A DNA stretch of 64,000 nucleotides from Myxococcota bacterium (GCA_039028615.1 JBCCHT010000006.1:32001-96000); one strand, 5' to 3'. Positions 19,937-30,020 are shown, counted from the stretch's first letter. The notes: generated from the sequence alone by a model not told the origin. Translations and numbers: made by a program.

Positions 19937-20746
19937 ATGGACTTGCGGAAGTCGATGATCTTGGGGGGTTGGGTGTTGAGTATGGGCTTGGGCTGTAGCC
20001 CCATCGAGCCCGAGGTCACCGGGGGAAGCTCGGGCACCGAAGACGGCAGCGGGACCGCGAGTGACGATTCCGAGCCCTCCGTGCCCGCCAACCCCAGCGC
20101 GAGCGACACGGGGATGTCCGCCGACGGCACCTCGGCCGACTCCGCCATGGGCACGGATTCGACGTCGAGCTCCACGGGCGAGCCGCCCACCGACACCACC
20201 ACCGAGGATTGCCCGCTCGGCACCGAAGGCTGCTCCTGCGACGACGAAGAGGGTTGCGACGAGGGCCTCGAGTGCAGCGACGCGGGCACCTGCGAGACCC
20301 CGCCGCCGTGCATGTCCATCGACGCCGAGATTCACGACGACGAGGCCACCGCCACCCCGCTGACCGAGCTCGACTGCGGCAACACCTCGGACCTCGGCCT
20401 CATCGGCACCATCGATGGGACCGAGACCGACTGGTACACCTTCTACGGCAACCACGAGTTCATCGGCTGCAACGAGCGCCCGGGCGCCGCCGTCGATTCC
20501 GATGTTCCACTGGAGGTCTGCGTGTTCATCAGCTGCGACAGCGGCAACCGCCAGAGCATCGAGTGCGACGGCGGAAACACGACGGAGATGTCGCCCGAGG
20601 GTCGGCCCGGCTGCTGCGGCACGGACTCGGCGGGCATGGAGGACTACGGATGCTCGTCGCTCACCAACGACGATGTCTTCGTGTGGATCTCCGTCACCTC
20701 CGAGGCCCCGGTCTGCGCCAACTACGGGCTGTCCTACGATTTCTGA
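19937..20746 (+). CDS. Cys-rich lipoprotein, hypothetical
   Basis: Lipobox-like MGLGC, S/T/D/G linker, CPLGTEGCSC...CDEGLEC motif, C-terminal beta domain (DWYTF...YGLSYDF). Confidence 0.8.
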   Translation: MDLRKSMILGGWVLSMGLGCSPIEPEVTGGSSGTEDGSGTASDDSEPSVPANPSASDTGMSADGTSADSAMGTDSTSSSTGEPPTDTTTEDCPLGTEGCSCDDEEGCDEGLECSDAGTCETPPPCMSIDAEIHDDEATATPLTELDCGNTSDLGLIGTIDGTETDWYTFYGNHEFIGCNERPGAAVDSDVPLEVCVFISCDSGNRQSIECDGGNTTEMSPEGRPGCCGTDSAGMEDYGCSSLTNDDVFVWISVTSEAPVCANYGLSYDF

Positions 20747-21669
20747 GCCACGGTCGGGCCCGGCACCGCGAAGGCCAGCCGCTCGAACCACTGGACGCAG
20801 AAGTCGACGAAGGCGCGCACGTTGGGCGCCACGTAGCGGCTGCTCGGGTACACCAGGTGGAAGGGCGAGGACATCGACTTGTAGTCGGGGAGGATCATCT
20901 TCAGCTGCGCTTGGCGGACCGGCTCCACCCCGAGTGAGTCGGGCAGAAAGGCGATGCCCGCCCCGTGCATCAGGGCCACGCGCACGAAGCCAAAATCCTG
21001 GGTGGAGATGCGTCCGCGGACGGTCACCGATTCCGAGCGCCCGTCGGGCCCCTCCAGCGTCCACTCCATCTGGCCATGCCGCGCACGAAACAGGATGCAG
21101 TCGTGGTCGGCGAGCTCCGCGATCGTCTGGGGCTCACCGTGCTGCTCCAGGTACTGCGGAGACGCGAACAGGTGCGCCTGGCTCATGCCCACCGCCCGCG
21201 CGATCAGGCTGGAGTCCTCGAGCTTGCCCGCACGCAGCGCGACGTCGAAGCCCTCGGCGATGAGGTCGACGCGGCGCTGAGTCAGCTCCACCTCGAGCTG
21301 GACCTTGGGGTACCGCGCACAGAACTCGGCCACGATCTGCCCCACGCCCTCGTTCCAGTCCGACGGCGCCGTGATCCGTAGTCGCCCTTTCGGCTCGCCC
21401 ATCAGCTCGGCCACCGAGCGCGCGGCGTCGGCCAGCTGCGCCACCGCCCCCGTGACCTGGGCGTGATAGCTCTCGCCCACGTCGGTCAGCCGTTGCCGCC
21501 GCGTCGAACGCTCGAGCAAGCGCGCCCCCAGCTGATCTTCGAGTCGAGCCACCCGCCGCGACACGTTGGACTTGGCCAGCCCCAGCCGATCGGCGGCCGC
21601 GGTGAAGCTGCCCGTGTCGACCACGGCCAAAAACGCGGTCACATCCTGGAGATCGGGGGGTTCGTCCAT
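20734..21669 (-). CDS. LysR family transcriptional regulator (CrgA/DmlR-like)
   Basis: FLAVVDTGSFTAAADRLG...VSRRVARLEDQLGARLLERSTR HTH; VDLIAEGFDVALR. Confidence 0.95.
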   Translation of the reverse strand: MDEPPDLQDVTAFLAVVDTGSFTAAADRLGLAKSNVSRRVARLEDQLGARLLERSTRRQRLTDVGESYHAQVTGAVAQLADAARSVAELMGEPKGRLRITAPSDWNEGVGQIVAEFCARYPKVQLEVELTQRRVDLIAEGFDVALRAGKLEDSSLIARAVGMSQAHLFASPQYLEQHGEPQTIAELADHDCILFRARHGQMEWTLEGPDGRSESVTVRGRISTQDFGFVRVALMHGAGIAFLPDSLGVEPVRQAQLKMILPDYKSMSSPFHLVYPSSRYVAPNVRAFVDFCVQWFERLAFAVPGPTVAQKS

Positions 21670-21670
21670 T

Positions 21671-21687
21671 GTTGCGGATCATAGAAC
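21671..21687. promoter_or_regulatory. Putative LysR binding site (GTT-N11-AAC)
   Basis: gttgcggatcatagaac is a T-N11-A dyad directly next to the lysR start, in the divergent lysR/doxX gap. Confidence 0.5.
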
Positions 21688-21763
21688 GACGAGTTGTCGG
21701 ATGGCGCCCTACCGGCCCCCATCGCCTGGTCGCATGCTCGAAGCAGCCCAAGGAGAACGAGAA

Positions 21764-22219
21764 ATGTCCGACGCAATCCGCTCCAAGCTCCCCACCGCCG
21801 CCCGCATCCTGCTGGGGCTCGCTTTCTTCGTCTTCGGCCTCAACGGCTTCCTGCAGTTCGCGCCCAATCCCCCCATGCCCGAAGAGGCGGGGGCCTTCAT
21901 GGGCGCGCTGGCCGCGACCGGATACATGTTCCCGCTCATCAAGGGCACCGAGGTCGTGGCCGGCCTGCTGCTGCTCGGCGGACGCTTCGTCCCGCTGGCG
22001 CTGGTGCTGCTGGCCCCCATCCTCGTGAACATCGTGCTCTTCCACGTGGTGCTCGCGCCCGCCAACATGGCGATGGTCTTCGTGCTGCTCGCGCTCGAGC
22101 TGTACCTCGCGTGGGCCTACCGCGACTCGTTCCGCGCCGTGCTGCAGGCCGACGCTCGGCCCACCGCCAACAGCCCCGCGGCGGGTGGAGTCCTTCGCGA
22201 AGCCACCGCCACCCGCTAG
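21764..22219 (+). CDS. DoxX family membrane protein
   Basis: ARILLGLAFFVFGLNGF, GYMFPLIKGTEVVAGLLLL, NIVLFH; aaggag RBS; four TM segments. Confidence 0.9.
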   Translation: MSDAIRSKLPTAARILLGLAFFVFGLNGFLQFAPNPPMPEEAGAFMGALAATGYMFPLIKGTEVVAGLLLLGGRFVPLALVLLAPILVNIVLFHVVLAPANMAMVFVLLALELYLAWAYRDSFRAVLQADARPTANSPAAGGVLREATATR

Positions 22220-22235
22220 TCCGACCGGACCCACG

Positions 22236-22265
22236 AGCACCACCACCCTTCGGGGTGGTGGTGCT
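22236..22265 (+). terminator. Stem-loop (13-bp stem, UUCG loop) after doxX
   Basis: agcaccaccaccc-ttcg-gggtggtggtgct perfect inverted repeat 17 nt after the stop; U-tract weak. Confidence 0.7.
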
Positions 22266-22419
22266 TGGTCGTGGTTGCGAGACTGCGCGGCCCGAGAAAC
22301 TTCGCGCGGGCCGTGATCCGAAGCGTGCCCGCGGGACTCTATCCCCGCCGAGACACGGAACGCTGCGCCGGGATTTTTGGCCTGGCGGGCGCTCCGTCCG
22401 TGCCTCGAAGGGGATCCCC

Positions 22420-24009
22420 ATGAAGTCTTCCACGCGCGCCCTGTCCCTCGTCGCCCCCGTGCTCGGCGGCCTCATGCTGTGCTCGTTCGCCTCCGAGGCC
22501 TCCGCCGCGGCGTTCATCGTCACCAGCAACGCCGACGAAAACGACGACGACCTCACCGACGATCTGTGCATCACCGCCTCGGGCACCTGCACCCTGCGCG
22601 CCGCCATCGAGCAGGCCAATGCCATCGACACCGAGGCGCACACCATCGACATCCCCGGGGTCGTGGGCACCATCGTCATCACGCAGACCGGCGTTCCCAA
22701 CAACGACGCCGCCTGGGGCGACCTCGACATCGACGGCGACATCACCATCGTCGGCGACGGGAACATCATCGACGGCAACGGCACCGACCGCATCTTCCAC
22801 GTGCTGATCGGCGCCAGCCTCACCGCCTCCGAGCTCACGTTGCAAAATGGTTGGGGCGACACCTCGGGCGGCGCCATCTACAACCAGGCCGACCTCACGC
22901 TCATCGACTCGACGCTGATCTTCAACACCAGCACGGGCGAGGGCGGAGGCATCGAGAGCATCGCGGGGAGCTCCACCGTGCTCGAGGGCTGCCGCATCAC
23001 CGAGAACTCCAGCACCCGAGGCGGCGGCGTGTACTCGGCGGGCGACCTCGAGATCGTCGACAGCACCATCGACCTCAACGTCGCGACCTACGGCGCCGGC
23101 CTGTACCTGACGCATACCGGGGCTCCGGCGGCCTCGATTACCGGCAGCTTCATCGGCACCAACGACGCGACCTCTCAGGGCGGCGGCATCTGGACCTCGA
23201 GGCCCGTCGACATCCTCGGAACCCGCATCGAGGCCAACTCCGCCGATGACTTCGGTGGCGGCATCTATGCCTACTTCGGCGACGCGGTGGTCGACGTGTT
23301 CAAGTCGGACCTCGTGGGCAATGCCGCCGACAACGGCGGCGGGCTCTACAACAACCGAGGCGACACCGCCCTGCGGCGCGTCAACGTAGTGTTCAACACC
23401 GCGACCACGGCCGGCGGCGGCATCTACAATCAGGGCCCGCTGATCATGCGCCGCAGCGCCGTGTTCAACAACGACGCCGCCGCGGGTGCGGGGCTGTACA
23501 ACTACTTCTTCGACGCCGACCTGACCGCGCTCAACACCACCTTCAGTGGCAACGACGCGACGGGAACCGGCGGCGGCCTGTGGCTGGGCTCGAACTCCAC
23601 CGCTCGCTTCAACAACGTCACCGTCACCAACAACACCGGGCTCGGCGGAGGCCTCCAGGCGTGGGCCGGAGCGTCGGCCGAGTTCATCAATACCCTGGTG
23701 GCGGGCAACGTGGACGGGGGCGGCCTGCCCTCGGACTGCAGCGGCCCCATCGTCTCCAACGGTCACAACCTCATCGAGGACACCGCTGCCTGCACGATCA
23801 CCGGGCCCGCGACCAACGACATCTACGCCACCGCTCCCGATCTGGGGCCGCTGTCCATGAACGGCGGTCGCTCGCCGACCCACGAGCTGCTGCCCACCAG
23901 CGCCGCGCTGGAGGCCGGCGATGCGGCGACCTGTCGAGGCGTGGACCAACGCGGCGAGCCCCGCCCGGGCGGGGCCGTCTGCGACATCGGTTCCTTCGAG
24001 CGTCAGTGA
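22420..24009 (+). CDS. Secreted CSLREA / parallel beta-helix protein with choice-of-anchor Q-like C-terminus
   Basis: Signal peptide; CTLRAAIEQAN; repeated GGAI/GGGI + N motifs; C-terminal LGPLSMNGGRSPTHELL...DQRGEPR...CDIGSFE. Confidence 0.88.
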   Translation: MKSSTRALSLVAPVLGGLMLCSFASEASAAAFIVTSNADENDDDLTDDLCITASGTCTLRAAIEQANAIDTEAHTIDIPGVVGTIVITQTGVPNNDAAWGDLDIDGDITIVGDGNIIDGNGTDRIFHVLIGASLTASELTLQNGWGDTSGGAIYNQADLTLIDSTLIFNTSTGEGGGIESIAGSSTVLEGCRITENSSTRGGGVYSAGDLEIVDSTIDLNVATYGAGLYLTHTGAPAASITGSFIGTNDATSQGGGIWTSRPVDILGTRIEANSADDFGGGIYAYFGDAVVDVFKSDLVGNAADNGGGLYNNRGDTALRRVNVVFNTATTAGGGIYNQGPLIMRRSAVFNNDAAAGAGLYNYFFDADLTALNTTFSGNDATGTGGGLWLGSNSTARFNNVTVTNNTGLGGGLQAWAGASAEFINTLVAGNVDGGGLPSDCSGPIVSNGHNLIEDTAACTITGPATNDIYATAPDLGPLSMNGGRSPTHELLPTSAALEAGDAATCRGVDQRGEPRPGGAVCDIGSFERQ

Positions 24010-24112
24010 GTCGCTCCGGTCGACCCACGGCCTGGCGCCGACGAATCGGTCGGGGCGGCGTCAGGCCCGGGTCGACCGACATTCGGCACCAGACCGTGGC
24101 ATGGTTGCTGGG

Positions 24113-24649
24113 ATGTCCTCTCGCTCGCTCCGCAATCGGCTCATGGCCGCGGCGCTCGGCTTCGGCTTGGTCGCGCTGGGCGTGTACCTGGCCCCCTCCG
24201 AGGCCTACGAGATCCAGCAGCCCTTCCGCGACGGCGGCGAGCAACAGATGGCCACCGTGGTCTCGACGGGCGCTGGCTCCCGGAGCTACGAGGCGGGCGG
24301 CCAGCACGGGGGAACCCGAACCTACGAGGTGCTCACCGTCGACGTCGAGCTGGACAGCGGGCGAACCGTGCGCATCGATCACCTCGTGCTGGCCCGCGAC
24401 CACGAGCGGTTATCGCCCGGCGACGAAGTCTCGGTGACGCTGATTCGGGGAGAAATGACCAAGGCCCTGCCCCGCGGGCCCTTCTACTTGCTGACCAGCT
24501 CGGTCGACGCGGGCACGATGGACCTGCTCGGCTGGACCTTCAACGGGCGGCCCGCGAGCGGAAAGGCCATTGCCGCTCTCATCCCCGGGCTCATCCTCCT
24601 GATGTTCGTGGGAGCGCTGACCATCGATCGTCTTCGTACGCGAGAGTAA
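24113..24649 (+). CDS. Hypothetical membrane protein (two TM, OB-fold-like loop)
   Basis: N- and C-terminal hydrophobic helices; LSPGDEVSVT; start 24101 or 24113. Confidence 0.65.
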   Translation: MSSRSLRNRLMAAALGFGLVALGVYLAPSEAYEIQQPFRDGGEQQMATVVSTGAGSRSYEAGGQHGGTRTYEVLTVDVELDSGRTVRIDHLVLARDHERLSPGDEVSVTLIRGEMTKALPRGPFYLLTSSVDAGTMDLLGWTFNGRPASGKAIAALIPGLILLMFVGALTIDRLRTRE

Positions 24650-24705
24650 TCGAGGCCCGCCGCGTTGCGGCCGTTGCAGGCGTGTTCGGTGGTAAATTCG
24701 TCGCG

Positions 24706-26739
24706 ATGGATGGGGCGAGATTGGGGGCAGTGCTTGCATCGGCGTTGCTGGCGAGCTGCACGAACACAGAGCCGCCGGCCGATGGCGATGCGACCCGCGG
24801 CGACGCCACGAGCACCTCGACACCGTCGGCCACGGGGGCCGACGGACCGGAAACGACGACGACGGGTGCCGCCGACACGACCGGTGCTGCCGACACGACC
24901 AGCGGCGGCAGCTCGGGCGACGACAGCACCACCAGCGACGAGTCCACGGGCGACGAGCTGCCTCCCTGCACCACGCCGGCCGTGGACGGCCGCCTCGTGC
25001 ACGGACCCGCCTCACCGCTCGTCGATGTCGATCCATCCTGCGGTCGGCTGACCTACGGGCAGTACGCCAATCAGGGCCAGGCCGACGCCGTGCACGTGCT
25101 GCCCGACTTCTCGTTCGCCGGATACATGCGAGGGGGTGTCGCGCTGCCCGACGTGCCCACGGTGGTGACGCTCAATCCCGAGGCCGGCGACAACCGGGCC
25201 GCGATCCAGGCCGCCATCGACGAGGTGAGCGCCATGGAGCCGGACGCCGACGGTCTTCGAGGGGCCGTGTTGCTGACCGCGGGCACCTACGAGGTCGGCG
25301 ATTCCGTGCTGCTCCACACCAGCGGCGTGGTGCTCCGCGGCGAAGGCCAGGGCAGCGCGGGCACCACCCTCGTCGCGACCCGTCCCGAGCAACACGACCT
25401 CGTCGTCGTCTCCAGCGGGAGCACGGGGCCGACCGAGGTCGCCGACACCCGCGTGGCGATCACCAGCGAGCTCGTGCCCGTGGGGGCGCGGTCGCTCGAG
25501 GTCGCCGACGGCCGCGGCTTCTCCGTCGGCGACACCGTCACCGTGGTCCGCATCCCCAACCAGACCTGGATCGATGACCTCGAGATGGGCCAGTGGGGCT
25601 GGACGCCCGAGGCCTACGACATCGGATTCGAGCGGGTCGTCACCGAGGTCGATGGCGATACGCTGACTGTCGACATCCCCATCGTCGACGCCATCGAGTC
25701 GCAGTACGGCGGCGGGGCGGTCGCCCGGGTCGATGTCTCCGATCGGATCGAGCAGGTCGGCGTCGAAGATCTCCGGCTGCAATCGGCCTTCCAGGCGCCC
25801 GACGACGAAGCCCACGGCTGGAACGCCGTCGCGCTGCGGGGCGCAGCCAACTCCTGGGTGCGCCGCGTCACCGCCCTGCACTTCGGCTACGCCGCCGTCA
25901 CCCTGGTCGACTCGAGCTTCAACACCGTCGAAGAGGTCGCCCAGCTCGACCCCGTCTCGCAGATCGCGGGCGGTCGGCGCTACTCGTTCAACATCGCGGG
26001 CCGCGGCACGGGCAACCTGTTCAGCCGCTGCTTCGCCCGCGAAGGTCGCCACAACTTCGTCACGAGCTCGCGAGTCCCGGGGCCCCACGTGTGGCTCGAC
26101 TCGCTTTCGGTCCAGAACAACAGCGACGAGGGGCCGCACCACCGCTGGGCCACGGGCTTGCTCTTCGACAACACCGCCTCCCAGCTCTTCAACGCGCAGA
26201 ACCGGGCTGACTCGGGCTCAGGGCACGGTTGGGCGGGAGCGCAGATCCTCTTCTGGAACATCCTCGCCACCGCCACCGTGGTCAACGATGCACCGCAGGG
26301 CGCCATGAACTGGGTGGTGGGCGGTGACGGCACCCGATCCGACAGCGGCTTCACCCCCGACGAGCCCGACGGTTGGTGGGAGTCGTGGCAGAGCACCGTG
26401 ACCCCGCGCAGTCTCTACCTCGCGCAGCTCGAAGACCGCCTCGGCCCCGAGGCCGTGGCCAACGTCACCATCCCCGAGCAGCTCGAGGGCGACATCTGGT
26501 CGCTGCTCAACGGCTGGGCGGGCGAAGGTCGTCTGGCGGATGCGACCCCCGAGGATCCCGTGGTGTGCACGGGAATCCTGTCGGGTAGCGGCGCGGCGTG
26601 TTGCCCCGCGTCGTGTGGCGCCTGCGGAGGCGCCGGCTGCAGCGGGTTCCCCGGCGGCGGCGACAACTGCTGCGAGGGCACCATCGTCGCAGCGGGCCTC
26701 AGCTGCGCCGACTTCCCGCCGCCCTGCGTCATGCCCTGA
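24706..26739 (+). CDS. Pectin-lyase-fold (beta-helix) polysaccharide-active lipoprotein with C-terminal Cys-rich module
   Basis: Lipobox LLASC; DFSFAGY, DNRAAIQAAID, VVLRGEG, GRHNF, GPHHRWATGLLFDN, GSGHGWAGA. Confidence 0.8.
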   Translation: MDGARLGAVLASALLASCTNTEPPADGDATRGDATSTSTPSATGADGPETTTTGAADTTGAADTTSGGSSGDDSTTSDESTGDELPPCTTPAVDGRLVHGPASPLVDVDPSCGRLTYGQYANQGQADAVHVLPDFSFAGYMRGGVALPDVPTVVTLNPEAGDNRAAIQAAIDEVSAMEPDADGLRGAVLLTAGTYEVGDSVLLHTSGVVLRGEGQGSAGTTLVATRPEQHDLVVVSSGSTGPTEVADTRVAITSELVPVGARSLEVADGRGFSVGDTVTVVRIPNQTWIDDLEMGQWGWTPEAYDIGFERVVTEVDGDTLTVDIPIVDAIESQYGGGAVARVDVSDRIEQVGVEDLRLQSAFQAPDDEAHGWNAVALRGAANSWVRRVTALHFGYAAVTLVDSSFNTVEEVAQLDPVSQIAGGRRYSFNIAGRGTGNLFSRCFAREGRHNFVTSSRVPGPHVWLDSLSVQNNSDEGPHHRWATGLLFDNTASQLFNAQNRADSGSGHGWAGAQILFWNILATATVVNDAPQGAMNWVVGGDGTRSDSGFTPDEPDGWWESWQSTVTPRSLYLAQLEDRLGPEAVANVTIPEQLEGDIWSLLNGWAGEGRLADATPEDPVVCTGILSGSGAACCPASCGACGGAGCSGFPGGGDNCCEGTIVAAGLSCADFPPPCVMP

Positions 26740-26762
26740 GCATCAGGGCCACCGAAACGGGC

Positions 26763-27530
26763 TCACGAATCGTCGCCCCCGTCGAGGACGCGGGCGCGGA
26801 CCTGCTGCTGGAGCTCACGCCAACCTTCGAGCAGCTCTTCACCCTGCTCCTCGATCTTCCGTCGCAGCTCCCCCACCTGCACGGCCGCGAGTTCGAACCA
26901 TCGAGACAGCGGCTCCATCGTGGGCGCGGACTCCATCGGCTCGTCCGCGCGTAGCGTAGGCAGCGGAAACTCGGCGGTGACGATGGGGCCGTCGGTGACG
27001 AACTCGACCTCGGGAGCGACGTCGCGGAGCAGCTCGGCCATGGAGCGATTGACGGCCAGGAAGTCACAGCGAAAGCGCTGCACGCCCCGCTCGGTGGCGG
27101 CGGCGATGAGGCGCAGCATCAGGCGTCCGCCGAGGCCCTGCCCCTGCATGCTGTCGAGGATGGCGAGCGCGGGCTCGGCCACCTCGGGCTCGGTGGGCAG
27201 ACAAATGAAGCGGCCGATGCCGAGGCCTTCGCCTTCGCGGCCGTCCTCGTCGAGCGCGACCACCCCCATGGCGAAGTGGCTCTCCCCGTCGACCTCGGTG
27301 AAGTAGCGGAGCTCGGCGTCGCTGAGGTCCTCTTTGTCGGTGAAAAACCGCAGATAGCGGGAATGGGGCGAGAGGCGCGCGAGCCCGGCCACGAGGTGTT
27401 GTTTGTCGGACGGGCGCACCAGACGAAGGCGGGCGCAGCTGCCGTTGCGCAGCGTGAGATCCTCGGCGTATTCGGGGCCAAAGGTCCGCATGGACTCGGC
27501 GGGCGGGCGGTCGTCGGCGGGCTCCGACAT
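26763..27530 (-). CDS. GNAT family N-acetyltransferase
   Basis: LRLVRPSD, LSPHSRYLRFF, AEPALAILDSMQGQGLGGRL (acetyl-CoA motif A). Confidence 0.88.
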   Translation of the reverse strand: MSEPADDRPPAESMRTFGPEYAEDLTLRNGSCARLRLVRPSDKQHLVAGLARLSPHSRYLRFFTDKEDLSDAELRYFTEVDGESHFAMGVVALDEDGREGEGLGIGRFICLPTEPEVAEPALAILDSMQGQGLGGRLMLRLIAAATERGVQRFRCDFLAVNRSMAELLRDVAPEVEFVTDGPIVTAEFPLPTLRADEPMESAPTMEPLSRWFELAAVQVGELRRKIEEQGEELLEGWRELQQQVRARVLDGGDDS

Positions 27531-27593
27531 GCGCTCAGGGTAGCGCCCGATCGCGGGCAGGCCAGCGCCGCGAGGCTGCTATGATGCACGGCG

Positions 27594-28391
27594 ATGGCCC
27601 CGCCCATTCGGCTCACCGCCGCCCAACAGCGCGCCATGGCCGAGCGCCACCGCCAGCGCCTCCAAAACTGCGAGCCCTGGTCAGCGGGCATGCCCTGGAA
27701 GCACGAGCTCCAGATTCAGGGGGACACCTACCGGGTGCTCGAGCTGTGGCCGGGGATCGTCGCTTCCGATGCGCCGGTCGACCGACTCGAGCCCGGGCAG
27801 TTCGTCGACTCGCCCACCGGTAAGTTCCGGTACTGCGTGCGGCTGCACCGAGCAGGGCAAACCCTACTGACGTGGTGGGGCAATCAAGTCGGCACCGTCC
27901 TGTTCGACAAAGACGTGATCATTCCCGCCCTGTACCAGGTGCGCGGGCCCGACGAGCCCGGCGATGGGCACTGGTCCGCGACGCCGTGGATGTCGCTGAC
28001 GCCGGCCGAGCTGATGACGCTGCGGCCAGGCACGCGCATGGCCAAAGGTCGCACGCTGGTCGCAGGGCTCGGGCTCGGGCACCAGCTCATCGAGGTCAGC
28101 AAGCGCGTGCAGGTCAAGCGCGTGATCCTGGTGGAGCTCGACCAAGAGCTGGTCGACTGGATCCTCCCTCGCATCCGGCCTCATATGAAAACGAGGCTCG
28201 ATGTCCACGTGGGTGACGCCTACGAGCTCATTCCGAAGCTCTCCGCCGACGTCGCGCTCATCGACATCTTCCCGGGCTACGGCGACGGCTTTCGCCGCGT
28301 CGAAGAGCTTGCGCGGGCGAGCCCGAAGATCAAGAAATTCTGGGGCTGGGGCACGTCGGAGATGACCGGCCGTGCCCAGTCCGGCGGCTGA
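27594..28391 (+). CDS. Class I SAM-dependent methyltransferase / spermidine-synthase-like protein
   Basis: WMSLTPAE, LVAGLGLG, VILVELDQEL, HVGDAY, DVALIDIF. Confidence 0.75.
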   Translation: MAPPIRLTAAQQRAMAERHRQRLQNCEPWSAGMPWKHELQIQGDTYRVLELWPGIVASDAPVDRLEPGQFVDSPTGKFRYCVRLHRAGQTLLTWWGNQVGTVLFDKDVIIPALYQVRGPDEPGDGHWSATPWMSLTPAELMTLRPGTRMAKGRTLVAGLGLGHQLIEVSKRVQVKRVILVELDQELVDWILPRIRPHMKTRLDVHVGDAYELIPKLSADVALIDIFPGYGDGFRRVEELARASPKIKKFWGWGTSEMTGRAQSGG

Positions 28392-28639
28392 CCGCGTGTG
28401 CACCGACCAAGTGACCCGCGGTAGTTTCGACCTCCGCTCGGCGAGGCCTCGACGCCTCGCCGAGATGCCCCGAATTGAACCGCCCCCTCGGGCGAAGGCC
28501 TGCAGCGGCCTTGGTGAGTCCCACGAGCGGGCCCTGGTTCTGCCGGAAATCATGCGTTACGGTTGCGCCAGACTGAGGGCACTCTCCCTGGCTCGAATTC
28601 CACGGAGGGGACCTCAACTAGGAAAAACGAGACGAGAAG

Positions 28640-29047
28640 TTGTCCAAGAAAATCTTCGTAGGCGGCTTGGCATGGGCCACGGATGACGGTTCACTGCGCG
28701 CTGCTTTTGAGTCCTACGGCCCGGTGGAAGATGCGAAGGTCATCCTCGACCGCGAGACCGGACGGTCCCGGGGCTTCGGCTTCGTGACCATGCAAGATGA
28801 CAAAGACGCCCTCAAAGCGATGGAGGAGCTCGACGGGTCGGAACTCGACGGTCGGCAGATCCGTGTGAACGAGGCCCAAGAGCGCTCGCGTGGCGGTGGC
28901 GGTGGCCGCGGTGGCGGTGGTGGCTACGGCGGTGGCGGTGGCGGTGGCGGCGGCTACGGTGGTGGCCGCGGCGGCGGCGGATACGGTGGCGGTGGCTTCA
29001 ACGACCGTGGCGGTGGCCGAGGCGGCCGCGGTGGCGGACGCTATTAG
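28640..29047 (+). CDS. RRM RNA-binding protein with Gly/Arg-rich tail
   Basis: KIFVGGL (RNP2) and RGFGFV (RNP1); TTG start; RGG/YGG-rich tail. Confidence 0.95.
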   Translation: MSKKIFVGGLAWATDDGSLRAAFESYGPVEDAKVILDRETGRSRGFGFVTMQDDKDALKAMEELDGSELDGRQIRVNEAQERSRGGGGGRGGGGGYGGGGGGGGGYGGGRGGGGYGGGGFNDRGGGRGGRGGGRY

Positions 29048-29065
29048 GCGAAGCCTCGCTCCCGT

Positions 29066-29929
29066 CTAGAACAGGGCCACCTGCTCGGGCTCGCGTCGCT
29101 CGCCGACGAAGCCGGGCAAGTGGCCCACTTTCGTGCGCGTAGACAAGATGTCGAAGAAGCGTCGAGCCAGGCGCGGCGCGTGGAAGTCGTTGGGCACGTG
29201 CATGAACACGTGGGGCTCCCGCCCCTGCTCCAGCCACTGCACCACGACGTCGGACCAGCTCGCCAAGCGCTCGTCGTTGGCCTCCAGATCGGGGTTGGCG
29301 ATGAAGCGCAAGACGGGGCGGCCCGCCGTCGCCACGACGGGCGCGGGGAGCTTGGGCTTGCGCTCGTGGGCCTGCACCAGCGCGGGATCGTCCCCCGTGG
29401 CCTCGTGCACCCCTCGGGTATCGAGGATGACCCGGTCCACCCCCAGCTCGGCCAACATGGAGTCGAGTTCTTCGGCGATGCGGGCCTCGAAGTACGCCGG
29501 GTGACGGACCTCGACCGCATACGAGGCCAAGGGCGGCAACGCGAGCAGGAAATCCTCCAGCTGCGGTAGGCGTTCGGGGCCAAAGCGCGGCGGGAGCTGG
29601 ACCAACACCGGGCCGATCCGGTCGGCGAGCGGGCGCATCACCTCCATGAACGAGACGGCCTCGCGCTCGGCGTTCACCAGCATGCGATCGTGGGTCACGG
29701 TGCGCGGCAGCTTGAAGCAGAACCGAAAACCGGGCGGCGCCTGGTCGAGCCAACGCAGCACGGTCTCCGCCGGCGGCGTCGCGTAGAAGGTGGTGTTGCC
29801 TTCGACCGCGTTGAAGTAGCGCGCGTAGGCTTCCAAGCGGCGATCGGCCGGCGTCTTGGGCGGGTAGAGCTCCCCGTTCCAGTCGACCCGATTCCAGATC
29901 GGCAGGCCGAGCCACACCCGCTCGATCAT
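29066..29929 (-). CDS. DUF72 (YecE-like) family protein
   Basis: YARYFNAVEGNTTFYATP, FRFCFKLPRTVTH, QLPPRF, AVEVRH. Confidence 0.92.
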   Translation of the reverse strand: MIERVWLGLPIWNRVDWNGELYPPKTPADRRLEAYARYFNAVEGNTTFYATPPAETVLRWLDQAPPGFRFCFKLPRTVTHDRMLVNAEREAVSFMEVMRPLADRIGPVLVQLPPRFGPERLPQLEDFLLALPPLASYAVEVRHPAYFEARIAEELDSMLAELGVDRVILDTRGVHEATGDDPALVQAHERKPKLPAPVVATAGRPVLRFIANPDLEANDERLASWSDVVVQWLEQGREPHVFMHVPNDFHAPRLARRFFDILSTRTKVGHLPGFVGERREPEQVALF

Positions 29930-30020
29930 GTGCGCTCACCCATCTATGACGAGCCTAGAGCGCATCCGCGAACGATTTCAAGCGGTCATGCGAACGCCAG
30001 TATGCAGTACGCTGTCGCCC

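Noticed and set aside
19897..20319. Long N-terminal extension of PlsX in the ORF track
   Set aside because: It is antisense to the lipoprotein gene starting at 19937; PlsX homology begins at Met 19896.
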